From NCBI GenBank assembly GCA_017518295.1, contig JAFWVJ010000020.1, positions 131,320 through 195,319 on the forward strand: a stretch of DNA of 64,000 nt. The letters run 5' to 3'. The position numbers and the translations under genes are program-made. Positions 19,160 through 27,897 of the stretch are shown here, one piece after another. The notes beneath the pieces are model-generated. The model saw only the letters and a program-made list of their open reading frames with translations. It had not been told where the DNA came from and ran no database searches. Each line of letters starts with the position of its first letter. Position 1 is the stretch's first letter. This DNA is from Clostridia bacterium. Its GTDB lineage: Bacteria > Bacillota > Clostridia > TANB77 > UBA1234.

Positions 19160-19609
19160 ATGAGAGAACTACTTACTAATAAGTGGATGTGGATACCACT
19201 TGCTACATGGCTTTTAGTTCAAATTTTTAAATTAATAGTTGAAGTCTTTACAGCAAAAGGTAAAAAGATAAACTTTAGAAGAATATTAGGTGCTGGAGGA
19301 ATGCCAAGTAGCCATACTGCTTGTATTACTGCTCTTGCAACATCTATTGGTATATCTGAAGGATTTGGATCACCAGTATTTGCACTTGCTGTAGTTTTTT
19401 GCTTTATAGTTATGTATGATGCAGCAGGTGTTAGAAGAGCAGCTGGAAAACAAGCTGCTGTCTTAAATAAAATTATTGAAAGCGATGAAGATATAAATGT
19501 TCAAGAAAAATTAGTAGAATTATTAGGACATACTCCTTTACAAGTAATTGTTGGAGCTATAGTTGGTATAATAATTGGATTTACTTTTTCTATGATTTGG
19601 GATTTATAA
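19160..19609 (+). CDS. DUF212 (divergent PAP2 / acid phosphatase-vanadium haloperoxidase-related, YuiD-like) membrane protein
   Basis: …GGMPSSHTACITALATSIG…YDAAGVRRAAGKQA… is the DUF212 signature. It occupies the position where ispA sits in the canonical OLE locus. Confidence 0.7.
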   Translation: MRELLTNKWMWIPLATWLLVQIFKLIVEVFTAKGKKINFRRILGAGGMPSSHTACITALATSIGISEGFGSPVFALAVVFCFIVMYDAAGVRRAAGKQAAVLNKIIESDEDINVQEKLVELLGHTPLQVIVGAIVGIIIGFTFSMIWDL

Positions 19610-19615
19610 AAGGTA

Positions 19616-19647
19616 AAAAGAAGTGTTTTATAGCACTTCTTTTTTGA
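19616..19647 (+). terminator. rho-independent terminator
   Basis: AAGAAGTGTTTTATAGCACTTCTT hairpin plus a T6 run. Confidence 0.7.
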
Positions 19648-19684
19648 TTTTAGTCATATCAAGATAGTAAAGAATATGAGATAA

Positions 19685-19713
19685 TTTGCAAATTATGATA
19701 TTTCATGGTATAA
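19685..19713 (+). promoter_or_regulatory. sigma-A type promoter for the ncRNA (TTGCAA-17-TATAAT)
   Basis: TTGCAAattatgatatttcatggTATAAT read directly from the sequence. Confidence 0.55.
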
Positions 19714-19719
19714 TACGTA

Positions 19720-20330
19720 GCGGTGATGTGTTATCCTAGTTATTGCTAAGGGTTGCTAAGGTGGGGCTAAAAATCCACTTAAAAGAGCACAATCGATGAA
19801 GTTTCTGGGTAGATGCTTGCGACGCCCAGTCGTGGGTGCTATCTGGGAGTAAAGAGTTAAGGGCGATCCGTAATGGCATACGGGCGTTGACCCTTTTCTC
19901 ATGGAGACACGTATTCTTTCTAAGCTAATTACCTTAATTAAAACAGCAGAGAATACGCGAAAACCTGCGAGGCCTTAGTTTTAGGTAGACTTAAGGTACA
20001 CAGAGTAGCTTTCCTTGAGTGAAATTGGTGAATGTATTACTGAAACCAACTTTGCAAAAGAGGATAAACAACTATTTAGCAGTTTGAGGAAATCTTCTAG
20101 GACATTTGCATCAAAAGCAAGATATACTTGGGATTGAGGTGTGGACTAAGTGGTAATTCAGACTCTTATGTCGGTGACGACTAAGATACTTCTTTTAAAG
20201 GGGAACCACTAAGATGGCGATATCTTAGCAAGAAGTAGGGAAATCCTTCTGGACCTAAGCCATAAAATTAACTAAGTATATTATCACTATAATTTATTAT
20301 ATTGATTACAGCCAATATAAAAAATATTGG
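19720..20330 (+). ncRNA. ole: candidate OLE (ornate large extremophilic) RNA, ~600 nt; boundaries approximate
   Basis: ~600-nt ORF-free, GC-enriched, stem-rich region with its own promoter. It lies exactly in the conserved OLE position: nusB-xseA-xseB-(ispA slot)-OLE-oapA. The downstream gene has the OapA features. No covariance model was run. Confidence 0.5.
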
Positions 20331-20576
20331 TTGTTTTTTATTATTATATACTTCTATGTATATACTATTTCAAAATAATGCGTCGACTTCTAAAACTACT
20401 AAATACTATACTTATAACAGCAACACATAAATTTTTGGGACCCGGCTTCCGCTATGCTACGCGCCCAAAAATTTCCTAGTTGCTGTAAAATTCTAGTATT
20501 AAGTAGTTGGAAGTCTTTGGCGGTTATTTTTCCATAGTATATACATAGAAGTTTATATAAAAAAGGAGAATTATAG

Positions 20577-21128
20577 ATGGAAAAAAAGATTAAGAAAAAA
20601 GAAAAAACAGGTCAAAAAGGATGGCTTTTAATCATATTTACAGTCACTTTTGCACTTTCTGCAGTATTTAATATGCTTTCGACTGAATTAGTAGAAAATG
20701 TAAATAATCTAGTTCTTTCTTTTATTTTATTAATTTTAGTTATATCTGTTGGTATTATGTTTGATTTAATTGGAACAGCTGTAACGGCGGCAGATGAAGT
20801 ACCATTTCACGCAATGGCATCAGATAAAAAGAAGGGAGCAAAAGAATCACTTCTTTTGATTAAAAATGCAGATAGAGTTGCTAATGTATGTGCTGATGTA
20901 ATTGGAGATATTTGTGGAGTACTATCTGGTGCAATTGCAGCTTTAATAGCTGGAAATATAGCTAAAATGCTAGGCCAGAAAGATATTACAGTAACAACTT
21001 TGCTAGTTACAGCAACGGTTACAGCACTTACTGTATGGAGTAAGGGGCTTTTTAAGCAGGTAGCTATCAAAAATAGTACGTCAATTATTAGAATTTTGGG
21101 TAGAATAATAGCAGTATTTAGCCGATAA
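20577..21128 (+). CDS. oapA: OLE-associated membrane protein OapA-like (4 TM, DxxxD motif)
   Basis: 183 aa (~20 kDa) with four predicted TM helices and ADVIGDICG (DxxxD) in TM3. It sits immediately downstream of the candidate OLE RNA, as in described OLE loci. Confidence 0.55.
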   Translation: MEKKIKKKEKTGQKGWLLIIFTVTFALSAVFNMLSTELVENVNNLVLSFILLILVISVGIMFDLIGTAVTAADEVPFHAMASDKKKGAKESLLLIKNADRVANVCADVIGDICGVLSGAIAALIAGNIAKMLGQKDITVTTLLVTATVTALTVWSKGLFKQVAIKNSTSIIRILGRIIAVFSR

Positions 21129-21199
21129 AGGTTGAACTTTACATAATATTGTGATATACTTTTATGTGGTATGTAAATATTTCATAGGAGGATGAACAA

Positions 21200-21697
21200 A
21201 TGGGCAATCCTATATTTCAGCTTAAAATTGCTGAGCTCAAGCAGCAAGTAGAAGATGATATCCATGATCTTGAGCTTGAGACCCCTGAATACGATACTAA
21301 TGGAAGGAGACGGAACATCTATAAGGCGTTTGAATATGCTAAGAAGTTACGGGAATTTCTCGAGTTAGAATACTTTAATGGAGGTATTTATCGTTGTGTA
21401 GGAGACATTGTTGGTAACATCAAATTCTGGGCAAAAGACTCTGAAGAGCGTATTGAACGGAATAAGAACAAGATCGAAGAAATCAAGAAAGTCAAGAAAT
21501 TGAAAGGACAGATTTCTTTGTTCGACAAGTATTCTTTAAGTGATGAAGATATGAAAAGGGCTATAGATGAGCCTGATTTATTCTTGAAAGAACTTAAAGA
21601 AGAGAATATCCAACTGGAAAAAGATAAGAAGTTGGCAAGATTTGTGCTGGCATATCTTATGCATCGTAACCAAATATTGACTGCAATTTATGAATGA
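21200..21697 (+). CDS. hypothetical protein (first gene of a compositionally atypical 2-gene cassette)
   Basis: GGAGGA RBS. Charged, coiled-coil-rich 165 aa. Codon usage is visibly GC-richer than neighbours. Its stop overlaps the next start (ATGA). Confidence 0.5.
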   Translation: MGNPIFQLKIAELKQQVEDDIHDLELETPEYDTNGRRRNIYKAFEYAKKLREFLELEYFNGGIYRCVGDIVGNIKFWAKDSEERIERNKNKIEEIKKVKKLKGQISLFDKYSLSDEDMKRAIDEPDLFLKELKEENIQLEKDKKLARFVLAYLMHRNQILTAIYE

Positions 21698-22239
21698 CGG
21701 AGGTAAATATTATGCTAAACATGTCAGTAAATCAAATGCGGGATTTCCTGATCGGAAAGATTCGTGAAACCTGCAAGACCAAGAACCTCTATGAAGAAGA
21801 GAGGGAAAAGAGAGCAGATGTGCTTCGTGATATCGTACAAAGTGAGCTTTTTGCTTATATGTACGATCGTCACGATACCAGATGGCTTCTGGAGCAGGCC
21901 AAAATCACCCGTTCGGAAGCTTTGCGCTACTTAAGCCTTAATTCTATGCGTATTGAGAGCACTCGAAAGAGTTATCTGATGACGCAAGACCAGATTCGGG
22001 CTCTTAACAGTTCGTTGAAAGCATACAATTCAATGAATGTTTCGAGTCATGACTTCGTTGAGCGTGAAGTTCGGGAAGCCAAGGAAGAGCTGAGTGAAGA
22101 AATAAGGCAGGCTGAAGTTCGAGCTGAGCAATATGGAAAATTGTTGAAAGAGGCAGAATATCAGGAACGGCTGCAGTATGTGATGCACCGTTTGGAAGGG
22201 ATCATCGTAGATCCTGAATATTTTGCATACCTGAAGTAA
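21694..22239 (+). CDS. hypothetical protein (second gene of the cassette)
   Basis: 181-aa helical/charged protein. GC-richer codons (ctggagcaggcc, cgtttggaagggatc). Followed by a strong terminator. Confidence 0.5.
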   Translation: MTEVNIMLNMSVNQMRDFLIGKIRETCKTKNLYEEEREKRADVLRDIVQSELFAYMYDRHDTRWLLEQAKITRSEALRYLSLNSMRIESTRKSYLMTQDQIRALNSSLKAYNSMNVSSHDFVEREVREAKEELSEEIRQAEVRAEQYGKLLKEAEYQERLQYVMHRLEGIIVDPEYFAYLK

Positions 22240-22270
22240 AGGAAGGGGCTGATGCCCCTTCCTTTTTTAT
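22239..22270 (+). terminator. rho-independent terminator
   Basis: AAGGAAGGGGCTGATGCCCCTTCCTTTTTT. Confidence 0.8.
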
Positions 22271-22384
22271 GTTTATTTAGAACTTTTTTCTTGCATTGAT
22301 TGATTATATGTGCTAATATATAAAATGCTTGTAATTAGGTAATAATAATTAATATAGATATATGCTTTAAGTGAGGTGAAAGTA

Positions 22385-22588
22385 ATGAAAGAAGGAATAC
22401 ATCCAAATTACCAAGAAGCTACAATTAAATGTGGCTGTGGCAACGTAATGAAAGTAGGTTCTACAAAAGAGTCTATGACAGTTGAAACATGTTCAAAATG
22501 TCATCCTTTCTATACAGGAAGCCAAAAATTCCAAGTTGCTAGCTCAAGAGTTGAAAAATTCAAAGCTAAATATGGTATTAAAGACTAA
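22385..22588 (+). CDS. rpmE: 50S ribosomal protein L31
   Basis: [20 protein letters not shown]…[10 protein letters not shown] is canonical L31 (zinc-ribbon type A). Confidence 0.9.
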   Translation: MKEGIHPNYQEATIKCGCGNVMKVGSTKESMTVETCSKCHPFYTGSQKFQVASSRVEKFKAKYGIKD

Positions 22589-22591
22589 TAA

Positions 22592-22627
22592 ATCTCGTGT
22601 GATACTGATATCACACGATTTTTTTTG
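22592..22627 (+). terminator. rho-independent terminator
   Basis: TCGTGTGATACTGATATCACACGA hairpin plus a T8 run. Confidence 0.75.
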
Positions 22628-22753
22628 CCTAAATTAGGATTGTAACCATAATGATTATTTTGTCTAAAACGATGTTTTTCTATTCTTTTTTAGGTTGTTT
22701 TAATGTATAATAGCATCAAATGTTTTTATAGATTTAGAAAGGATTATATATAA

Positions 22754-23902
22754 ATGAGTGAAGTTAAAAAGACATCGATAGGTGGTCAAGCTGTAATAGA
22801 AGGTGTTATGATGCGTGGTCCTTATAAGACTTGTGTATCCGTAAGAAAACCAAATGGTGAAATAACAACCAAAATTACAGAAAATAAAGTTAAAGGTGGT
22901 TTTAGAAAGATTCCTATAATAAGAGGAATATTTGGCTTTGTTAATTCTATGGTAATAGGAATTAATGCTCTTATGTTTTCAGCACAATTTTACGAAGAAG
23001 ATGGATCACCAAAAGAAGAAAGTGAAAAAGAAGTATCAAATGAAAAATCAGATAATATAGCAAAAGATAAGGAAGAAAAAAATGAAAAGAAAGAAGAAAG
23101 TGGAGAACTTTCTGGATTTGCATTGTTTTTTACTTTAGTAACATCTCTTGCACTTAGCATTGGATTATTCTTTGTATTACCAAATTTAATAGCAGGTTTA
23201 ATTGTTCCAAATACAACAATTAGTGGTGATCAAGTGGTTATAAGTGAAGTAGAAACAACTAATGCTGTAATAAATAGTATTCAATCTGGAGAATTAAGTG
23301 GAGAATTATTATTAGCTAGTAGCGGAGATACTGTGAAAAATAAAAAAAGTGGCGACATAGTAATAGCTAATACAGTAAATAATAGAAAAAATAATGTTTT
23401 ATATAATGTGATTGAAAGTGTAGTTAAGGTTGTAATCTTTATTGGCTACTTAGTATTAGTGTCACAGATGAAAGATATTAAAAGAGTATTTGAATATCAT
23501 GGAGCAGAGCATAAGACAATCTTTTGTTATGAACATGGTGAAGAATTAACTGTTGATAATGTTAAAAAATATAAAAGATTTCATCCTAGATGTGGAACAA
23601 GCTTTTTATTATTTGTAATAGTTATTAGTATTATTGTTTATTCAATAGTTGGAAGACATCCAAATCTATTAATAAATGTTTTGATTAGATTAGCACTTCT
23701 TCCTTTGATCGCTGGAGTATCTTATGAGATTATAAGATTTGCTGGAAAACATACCGAAAATAAATGTATAGCATGGCTAAATAAACCAGGTATGTGGCTT
23801 CAAAGATTAACTACTCGTGAACCTGATGATTCACAAATAGAATGTGCTATTAGTTCATTAAAAGCTGTTATTCCAGATGATGAAAAAGCAGATTTGTGGT
23901 AA
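22754..23902 (+). CDS. DUF1385 family membrane protein (YqhQ-like; commonly precedes prmC)
   Basis: N-terminus SIGGQAVIEGVMMRG is the DUF1385 signature. Central low-complexity E/K insert. TM helices. Confidence 0.7.
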   Translation: MSEVKKTSIGGQAVIEGVMMRGPYKTCVSVRKPNGEITTKITENKVKGGFRKIPIIRGIFGFVNSMVIGINALMFSAQFYEEDGSPKEESEKEVSNEKSDNIAKDKEEKNEKKEESGELSGFALFFTLVTSLALSIGLFFVLPNLIAGLIVPNTTISGDQVVISEVETTNAVINSIQSGELSGELLLASSGDTVKNKKSGDIVIANTVNNRKNNVLYNVIESVVKVVIFIGYLVLVSQMKDIKRVFEYHGAEHKTIFCYEHGEELTVDNVKKYKRFHPRCGTSFLLFVIVISIIVYSIVGRHPNLLINVLIRLALLPLIAGVSYEIIRFAGKHTENKCIAWLNKPGMWLQRLTTREPDDSQIECAISSLKAVIPDDEKADLW

Positions 23903-23905
23903 TTC

Positions 23906-23960
23906 GTAGTGGCGACCATTGGTCGCCTGTACAAAGTGTAGTGGCGTCCCCTGGTCGCCA
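23906..23960. repeat. two tandem REP-like palindromic units (GTAGTGGCGACC-N4-GGTCGCC)
   Basis: gtagtggcgaccattggtcgcc … gtagtggcgtcccctggtcgcca. The same palindrome family recurs at 26666, 47295, 47331 and 63174-63280. Confidence 0.8.
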
Positions 23961-23974
23961 ATAAAAGGATATTT

Positions 23975-24808
23975 ATGAAAACAATTGATGCATTAAATGT
24001 GGCAAAGAGCCTTTTAGAAAAGAATAATATTGATACTCGAGAAGCAAAATTATTTTTAGCTTTTGCTTTAGGAGTATCAAAAGAAGAATTAATTAAATAT
24101 ACACAAATACCTGATGAAGTATATACAAAGCTTTTAGTATTGCTTGAAAAAAGGTGCAATGGAATTCCTTATGCTTATATAGTAGGTCATAAAGAATTTA
24201 TGAAACTTGATTTTGAAGTAAATAGTAGTGTATTAATCCCTAGAGATGATACAGAAGTATTAGTTGAAAAAGTAATTGAAATTGCATCTAATATTTCAAA
24301 AAACGAAGTCAAAATTCTAGATTTATGTACAGGCTCTGGTTGTATAGCAATCTCACTTGATAAAAATATTCTAAATGCTAAAGTGTATGCATCAGATATT
24401 TCTAAAAAAGCATTAGAAGTAGCAATGAGAAATGCAAAAAAGAATGATGCAACAATTACTTTTATAGAATCTGATTTATTTGAAGAATTAAATGATAATA
24501 TAAAGTTTGATATTATTGTATCCAATCCACCTTATATAAGAACAGATGTAATAGATACATTGCAAAAGGAAGTTAAAGACAATGAACCTATAATTGCATT
24601 AGATGGTGGAACTGATGGACTTTCATTCTATGAAAGAATCATTAAAGATGCAAAAGCTTATTTAGAAGATAGTGGTTATTTAGCCTTTGAAATAGGTTAT
24701 GATCAAGCTATAGAAGTATCTAATTTACTAAAAGAGAATAATTATAAGAATATTAAAGTATTTAAAGATTTTTCTGAAAACGATAGAGTAGTAATTGCGA
24801 ATATATAA
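23975..24808 (+). CDS. prmC: release factor glutamine N5-methyltransferase
   Basis: GSGCIAIS SAM-binding motif and the NPPY catalytic motif (VSNPPYI). Confidence 0.85.
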   Translation: MKTIDALNVAKSLLEKNNIDTREAKLFLAFALGVSKEELIKYTQIPDEVYTKLLVLLEKRCNGIPYAYIVGHKEFMKLDFEVNSSVLIPRDDTEVLVEKVIEIASNISKNEVKILDLCTGSGCIAISLDKNILNAKVYASDISKKALEVAMRNAKKNDATITFIESDLFEELNDNIKFDIIVSNPPYIRTDVIDTLQKEVKDNEPIIALDGGTDGLSFYERIIKDAKAYLEDSGYLAFEIGYDQAIEVSNLLKENNYKNIKVFKDFSENDRVVIANI

Positions 24809-24811
24809 TTT

Positions 24812-25684
24812 TTGGAGGATAAGATGTCTTTTTCTAGCCTAGTAAAAGAAGAATTAACTAAAATAGTAATAAAAGATGAAGATCAAAGAAAAGCAGAATT
24901 GGCAGGCTTTATGATTACTAATTGTATTGTTACAAGAGAAGAAGGCGCATTTATTCTTAAAATGTCTACTGAAAATGAACTTGCTATTAGAAGAGTATAT
25001 ACTACTTTAAAAACACATTATGGGATAATAGCAAAATCAAATGTAGAAAGACCAAAAATTCCTGGTGCGGTGCCTCTTTATCATCTTAAAATATTTGATA
25101 AAACTGATTTAAAAACTATTTTTGATGAAAGCTTTATAAATATAAATGAAAAATTACAAATAGTTTTAAATGACAAGTCAATAATATTAAAAGATGATGA
25201 ATGTCAAAAATGCTTTTTAAGAGGAGTTTTCTTGGGCTCTGGTTCAGTAATAAATCCAGATAGTAGATATCATTTAGAAGTAGTTGCAAGTAATCAAGAA
25301 AATGCTATCTTTATTAATGAGATAATAGAATCATTTGATATAAAAGCAAAAATGATAAAAAGAAAAAAAGATTATATTATTTACTTAAAAGGTGCAGAAT
25401 CTATATCTACTTTTTTAGCAGCGATAGGAGCAAATCAAGGCACTTTAAAATTTGAAGAAACAAGAGTTATTAAAGAAGTAAGAAATAACATAAATAGAGT
25501 TAGTAATTTTGAAAATGCAAATTTTGACAAAACGGTAGATGCTAGTCTTAGCCAGCTAGAAGATATAATGCTAATTAGAAAAACTAGAAAATTTTCAAAA
25601 CTACCAGAACCACTTAAAGAACTAGCGAGACTTAGACTTTCTTATAAAGAAGCAACTTTTGAAGAACTTCGGAAGAATGCTTGA
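24812..25684 (+). CDS. whiA: DNA-binding protein WhiA, C-terminal HTH displaced into the +1 frame by an apparent 1-nt insertion (full-length reading would end at 25775)
   Basis: Strong collinear similarity to Firmicutes WhiA (MSFSSxVKxEL…, LRGxFLxxGSVxNP, HLE…). After …ATFEEL the main frame stops, while the +1 frame reads GRMLEPNLSRAGVSHRFKKIHEIAEEIRSQ, which is the conserved WhiA HTH tail. Confidence 0.8.
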   Translation: MEDKMSFSSLVKEELTKIVIKDEDQRKAELAGFMITNCIVTREEGAFILKMSTENELAIRRVYTTLKTHYGIIAKSNVERPKIPGAVPLYHLKIFDKTDLKTIFDESFININEKLQIVLNDKSIILKDDECQKCFLRGVFLGSGSVINPDSRYHLEVVASNQENAIFINEIIESFDIKAKMIKRKKDYIIYLKGAESISTFLAAIGANQGTLKFEETRVIKEVRNNINRVSNFENANFDKTVDASLSQLEDIMLIRKTRKFSKLPEPLKELARLRLSYKEATFEELRKNA

Positions 25685-25787
25685 ACCTAATTTAAGTAGA
25701 GCTGGAGTAAGCCATAGATTTAAAAAGATTCATGAGATAGCAGAAGAAATAAGATCACAAATAAATAATAATTAAAAGGGGAGCAAA

Positions 25788-26636
25788 ATGAGCAAATTTG
25801 GTGAAAAAGTATTAAAGACAATAAATCCTATTTTTCCAAAACAAGTACATCCATTTAATCTTCAATTAGATAAAAAGATGACATATGCTGAATGGGAGTT
25901 TGAAAAAGGCCAAGATACTATCAAATTCTATTTAGAAAAATTCACTACAGATGAAATGTTTAAAGATAAAGAAGTAATTGATTTTGGATGCGGTGCAGGT
26001 GGAAAATCTATGTACTATGCAAGTTTAGGTGCAAAGCATGTAACTGGCGTAGATATTGTTGAGCACTATGCTGAAGATTCGGCAAAGTTTGCAAAAGAAA
26101 AAGGATTTGAAGACGTATTCACATTTAAAATTGCAGATGCAACAAAGCTTCCTTTTAATGATGATAGTTTTGATACTGCCATAATGAATGATTTTATGGA
26201 ACATGTTAATAAACCAGAAGAAGCATTGAAAGAAGCATTAAGAGTAGTTAAGCCAGGTGGAAGAATTTATTTAAACTTTCCTCCATATAGCCATCCTTTT
26301 GGTGCACACTTATCTGATGCTATAAATATGCCATGGTGCCATAAATTTTTTAGCGAATCTACTTGTATTAATGTATATAAAGATTTAGTTAAAGATTTGC
26401 CAGATGGAAAAGATAGAATTAAATTTAGATTTTCTACTGATGAAAATGGTAAAGAATATATATCGTATATTAACAAGATGACTATTAAACGTTTCAATAA
26501 AATATTAAAAGACTTAAATATTACTCCATTTTATTATAAAGAAACACCTTTTAAAAAGTTTGTAGCTCCATTTTCTAAAATGGCTCCATTTAAAGAGATT
26601 CTTAATAAAAATGTTGTTTGTGTAATTCAAAAATAA
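25788..26636 (+). CDS. class I SAM-dependent methyltransferase
   Basis: VIDFGCGAGGKSMYYASLGAKHVTGVDI (motif I) and a Rossmann-fold methyltransferase pattern. Confidence 0.7.
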   Translation: MSKFGEKVLKTINPIFPKQVHPFNLQLDKKMTYAEWEFEKGQDTIKFYLEKFTTDEMFKDKEVIDFGCGAGGKSMYYASLGAKHVTGVDIVEHYAEDSAKFAKEKGFEDVFTFKIADATKLPFNDDSFDTAIMNDFMEHVNKPEEALKEALRVVKPGGRIYLNFPPYSHPFGAHLSDAINMPWCHKFFSESTCINVYKDLVKDLPDGKDRIKFRFSTDENGKEYISYINKMTIKRFNKILKDLNITPFYYKETPFKKFVAPFSKMAPFKEILNKNVVCVIQK

Positions 26637-26665
26637 AGCTAGAGATTTAAAAAAAGTTAATTTTT

Positions 26666-26690
26666 GTAGTGGCGACCAAAAGGTCGCCAT
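26666..26690. repeat. REP-like palindromic unit
   Basis: gtagtggcgaccaaaaggtcgccat. Confidence 0.75.
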
Positions 26691-26713
26691 TAAGATTATA
26701 TGGAGGTGATTTT

Positions 26714-27835
26714 TTGAGAGCTTTATATGTACATATTCCTTTTTGTAAGCAAAAGTGCTTTTATTGTGATTTTAATTCATATAGTGGAAAAGAACATATG
26801 ATAGAGCAATATGTAAAAGCTCTTAAAAATGAGCTTTCATTTGCATTACAAAAAAATGATGATAAACCAGTTTTTAAAACAGTTTATTTTGGAGGAGGTA
26901 CTCCATCTGTAATTCCTGCTAAATACATAAAAGAAATAATGCAAGATATTAAATGTGATGGAGAAGTTACCCTAGAATTAAATCCTGGAACGATAACAAA
27001 AGAAAAGCTTATGACATATAAAGAAGCAGGCGTTAATAGACTAAGTATAGGTCTTCAAACTACAAATGATGATCTTTTAAAAAGAATTGGAAGAATTCAT
27101 AGTCTAAAAGATTTTGAAGATGCATATTATATGGCAAGAGAAGAAGGGGTTAATAATATTAGTGTAGACTTAATGTTTGGACTTTCAAATCAAACTTTAA
27201 AAGATATTAAAAGTAGTTTAGATTATATTATAAATCTTAAGCCAGAACATATTTCATGTTACTCTTTGATAGTTCATGATGAATTGATTAAGAAAAATCC
27301 CAATGCTTTTAGCAATTTGCCATCAGATGAAGAAGAAAGAAAAATGTATTATTTAATATGTGATGAGCTAAAAAAGAATGGTTATATTCAATATGAGATT
27401 TCAAATTTTGCAAAGCCTGGCTTTGAATCTAAGCATAATTTATGCTATTGGAATCAAGAAGAATACTATGGCATTGGAGCAGGTGCAAGTTCATATATAA
27501 ATAATACAAGATATAAAAATATAGATAACATTGAAGAATACGTAGCGGCGATCATCGATCGCCATGGTGAGCAATACTCGATAATCGAAGAAATCCAAAC
27601 CGAAGAATCTAAAATAAAAGAATATATGATTTTAAAACTAAGGCTATTAGATGGAGTTTCTGAATATGATTTTAAAAATCGATTTAATAAGGATTTGTTT
27701 AGTGTATTTAAAAATGAATTAGATAAATTAATTGATTTAGGGTTAATAGAATTGGTAGGCGATAGTAATAAGAGTGTTAGATTAACTAAGAAGGGCTTAG
27801 ATTTAGCCAATATAGTGTGGGAAGAATTTATTTAG
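26714..27835 (+). CDS. hemW: radical SAM family heme chaperone HemW (TTG start)
   Basis: LYVHIPFCKQKCFYCDF (CxxxCxxC radical SAM) and HemN_C-like C-terminus. GGAGGTG RBS 7 nt before TTG. The listed ATG at 26669 lies inside the REP element and is unlikely. Confidence 0.8.
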   Translation: MRALYVHIPFCKQKCFYCDFNSYSGKEHMIEQYVKALKNELSFALQKNDDKPVFKTVYFGGGTPSVIPAKYIKEIMQDIKCDGEVTLELNPGTITKEKLMTYKEAGVNRLSIGLQTTNDDLLKRIGRIHSLKDFEDAYYMAREEGVNNISVDLMFGLSNQTLKDIKSSLDYIINLKPEHISCYSLIVHDELIKKNPNAFSNLPSDEEERKMYYLICDELKKNGYIQYEISNFAKPGFESKHNLCYWNQEEYYGIGAGASSYINNTRYKNIDNIEEYVAAIIDRHGEQYSIIEEIQTEESKIKEYMILKLRLLDGVSEYDFKNRFNKDLFSVFKNELDKLIDLGLIELVGDSNKSVRLTKKGLDLANIVWEEFI

Positions 27836-27897
27836 AATATTTTATTGACATGCAATTACTTATGGTATATTATACTATATGTAAGGAGGCGATAGAT

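Noticed and set aside
19680-20340. Alternative identities for the ~600-nt ncRNA region (RNase P RNA, tmRNA, 6S RNA, group II intron, long 5' UTR of oapA)
   Set aside because: RNase P RNA is ruled out by the absent GGAAAGUCC P4 signature, and 6S RNA by size. tmRNA is ruled out because no tag-peptide ORF or 3' CCA tRNA-like end was seen. A group II intron is ruled out because there is no IEP ORF or domain V. Synteny and the OapA-like partner favour OLE, but this remains unverified without a covariance search.
26669-26713. ATG at 26669 as hemW start (ORF-track start)
   Set aside because: This start lies inside a REP palindrome and adds a non-conserved 15-aa extension. TTG 26714, preceded by GGAGGTG, gives the conserved LRALYVHIPFC N-terminus.
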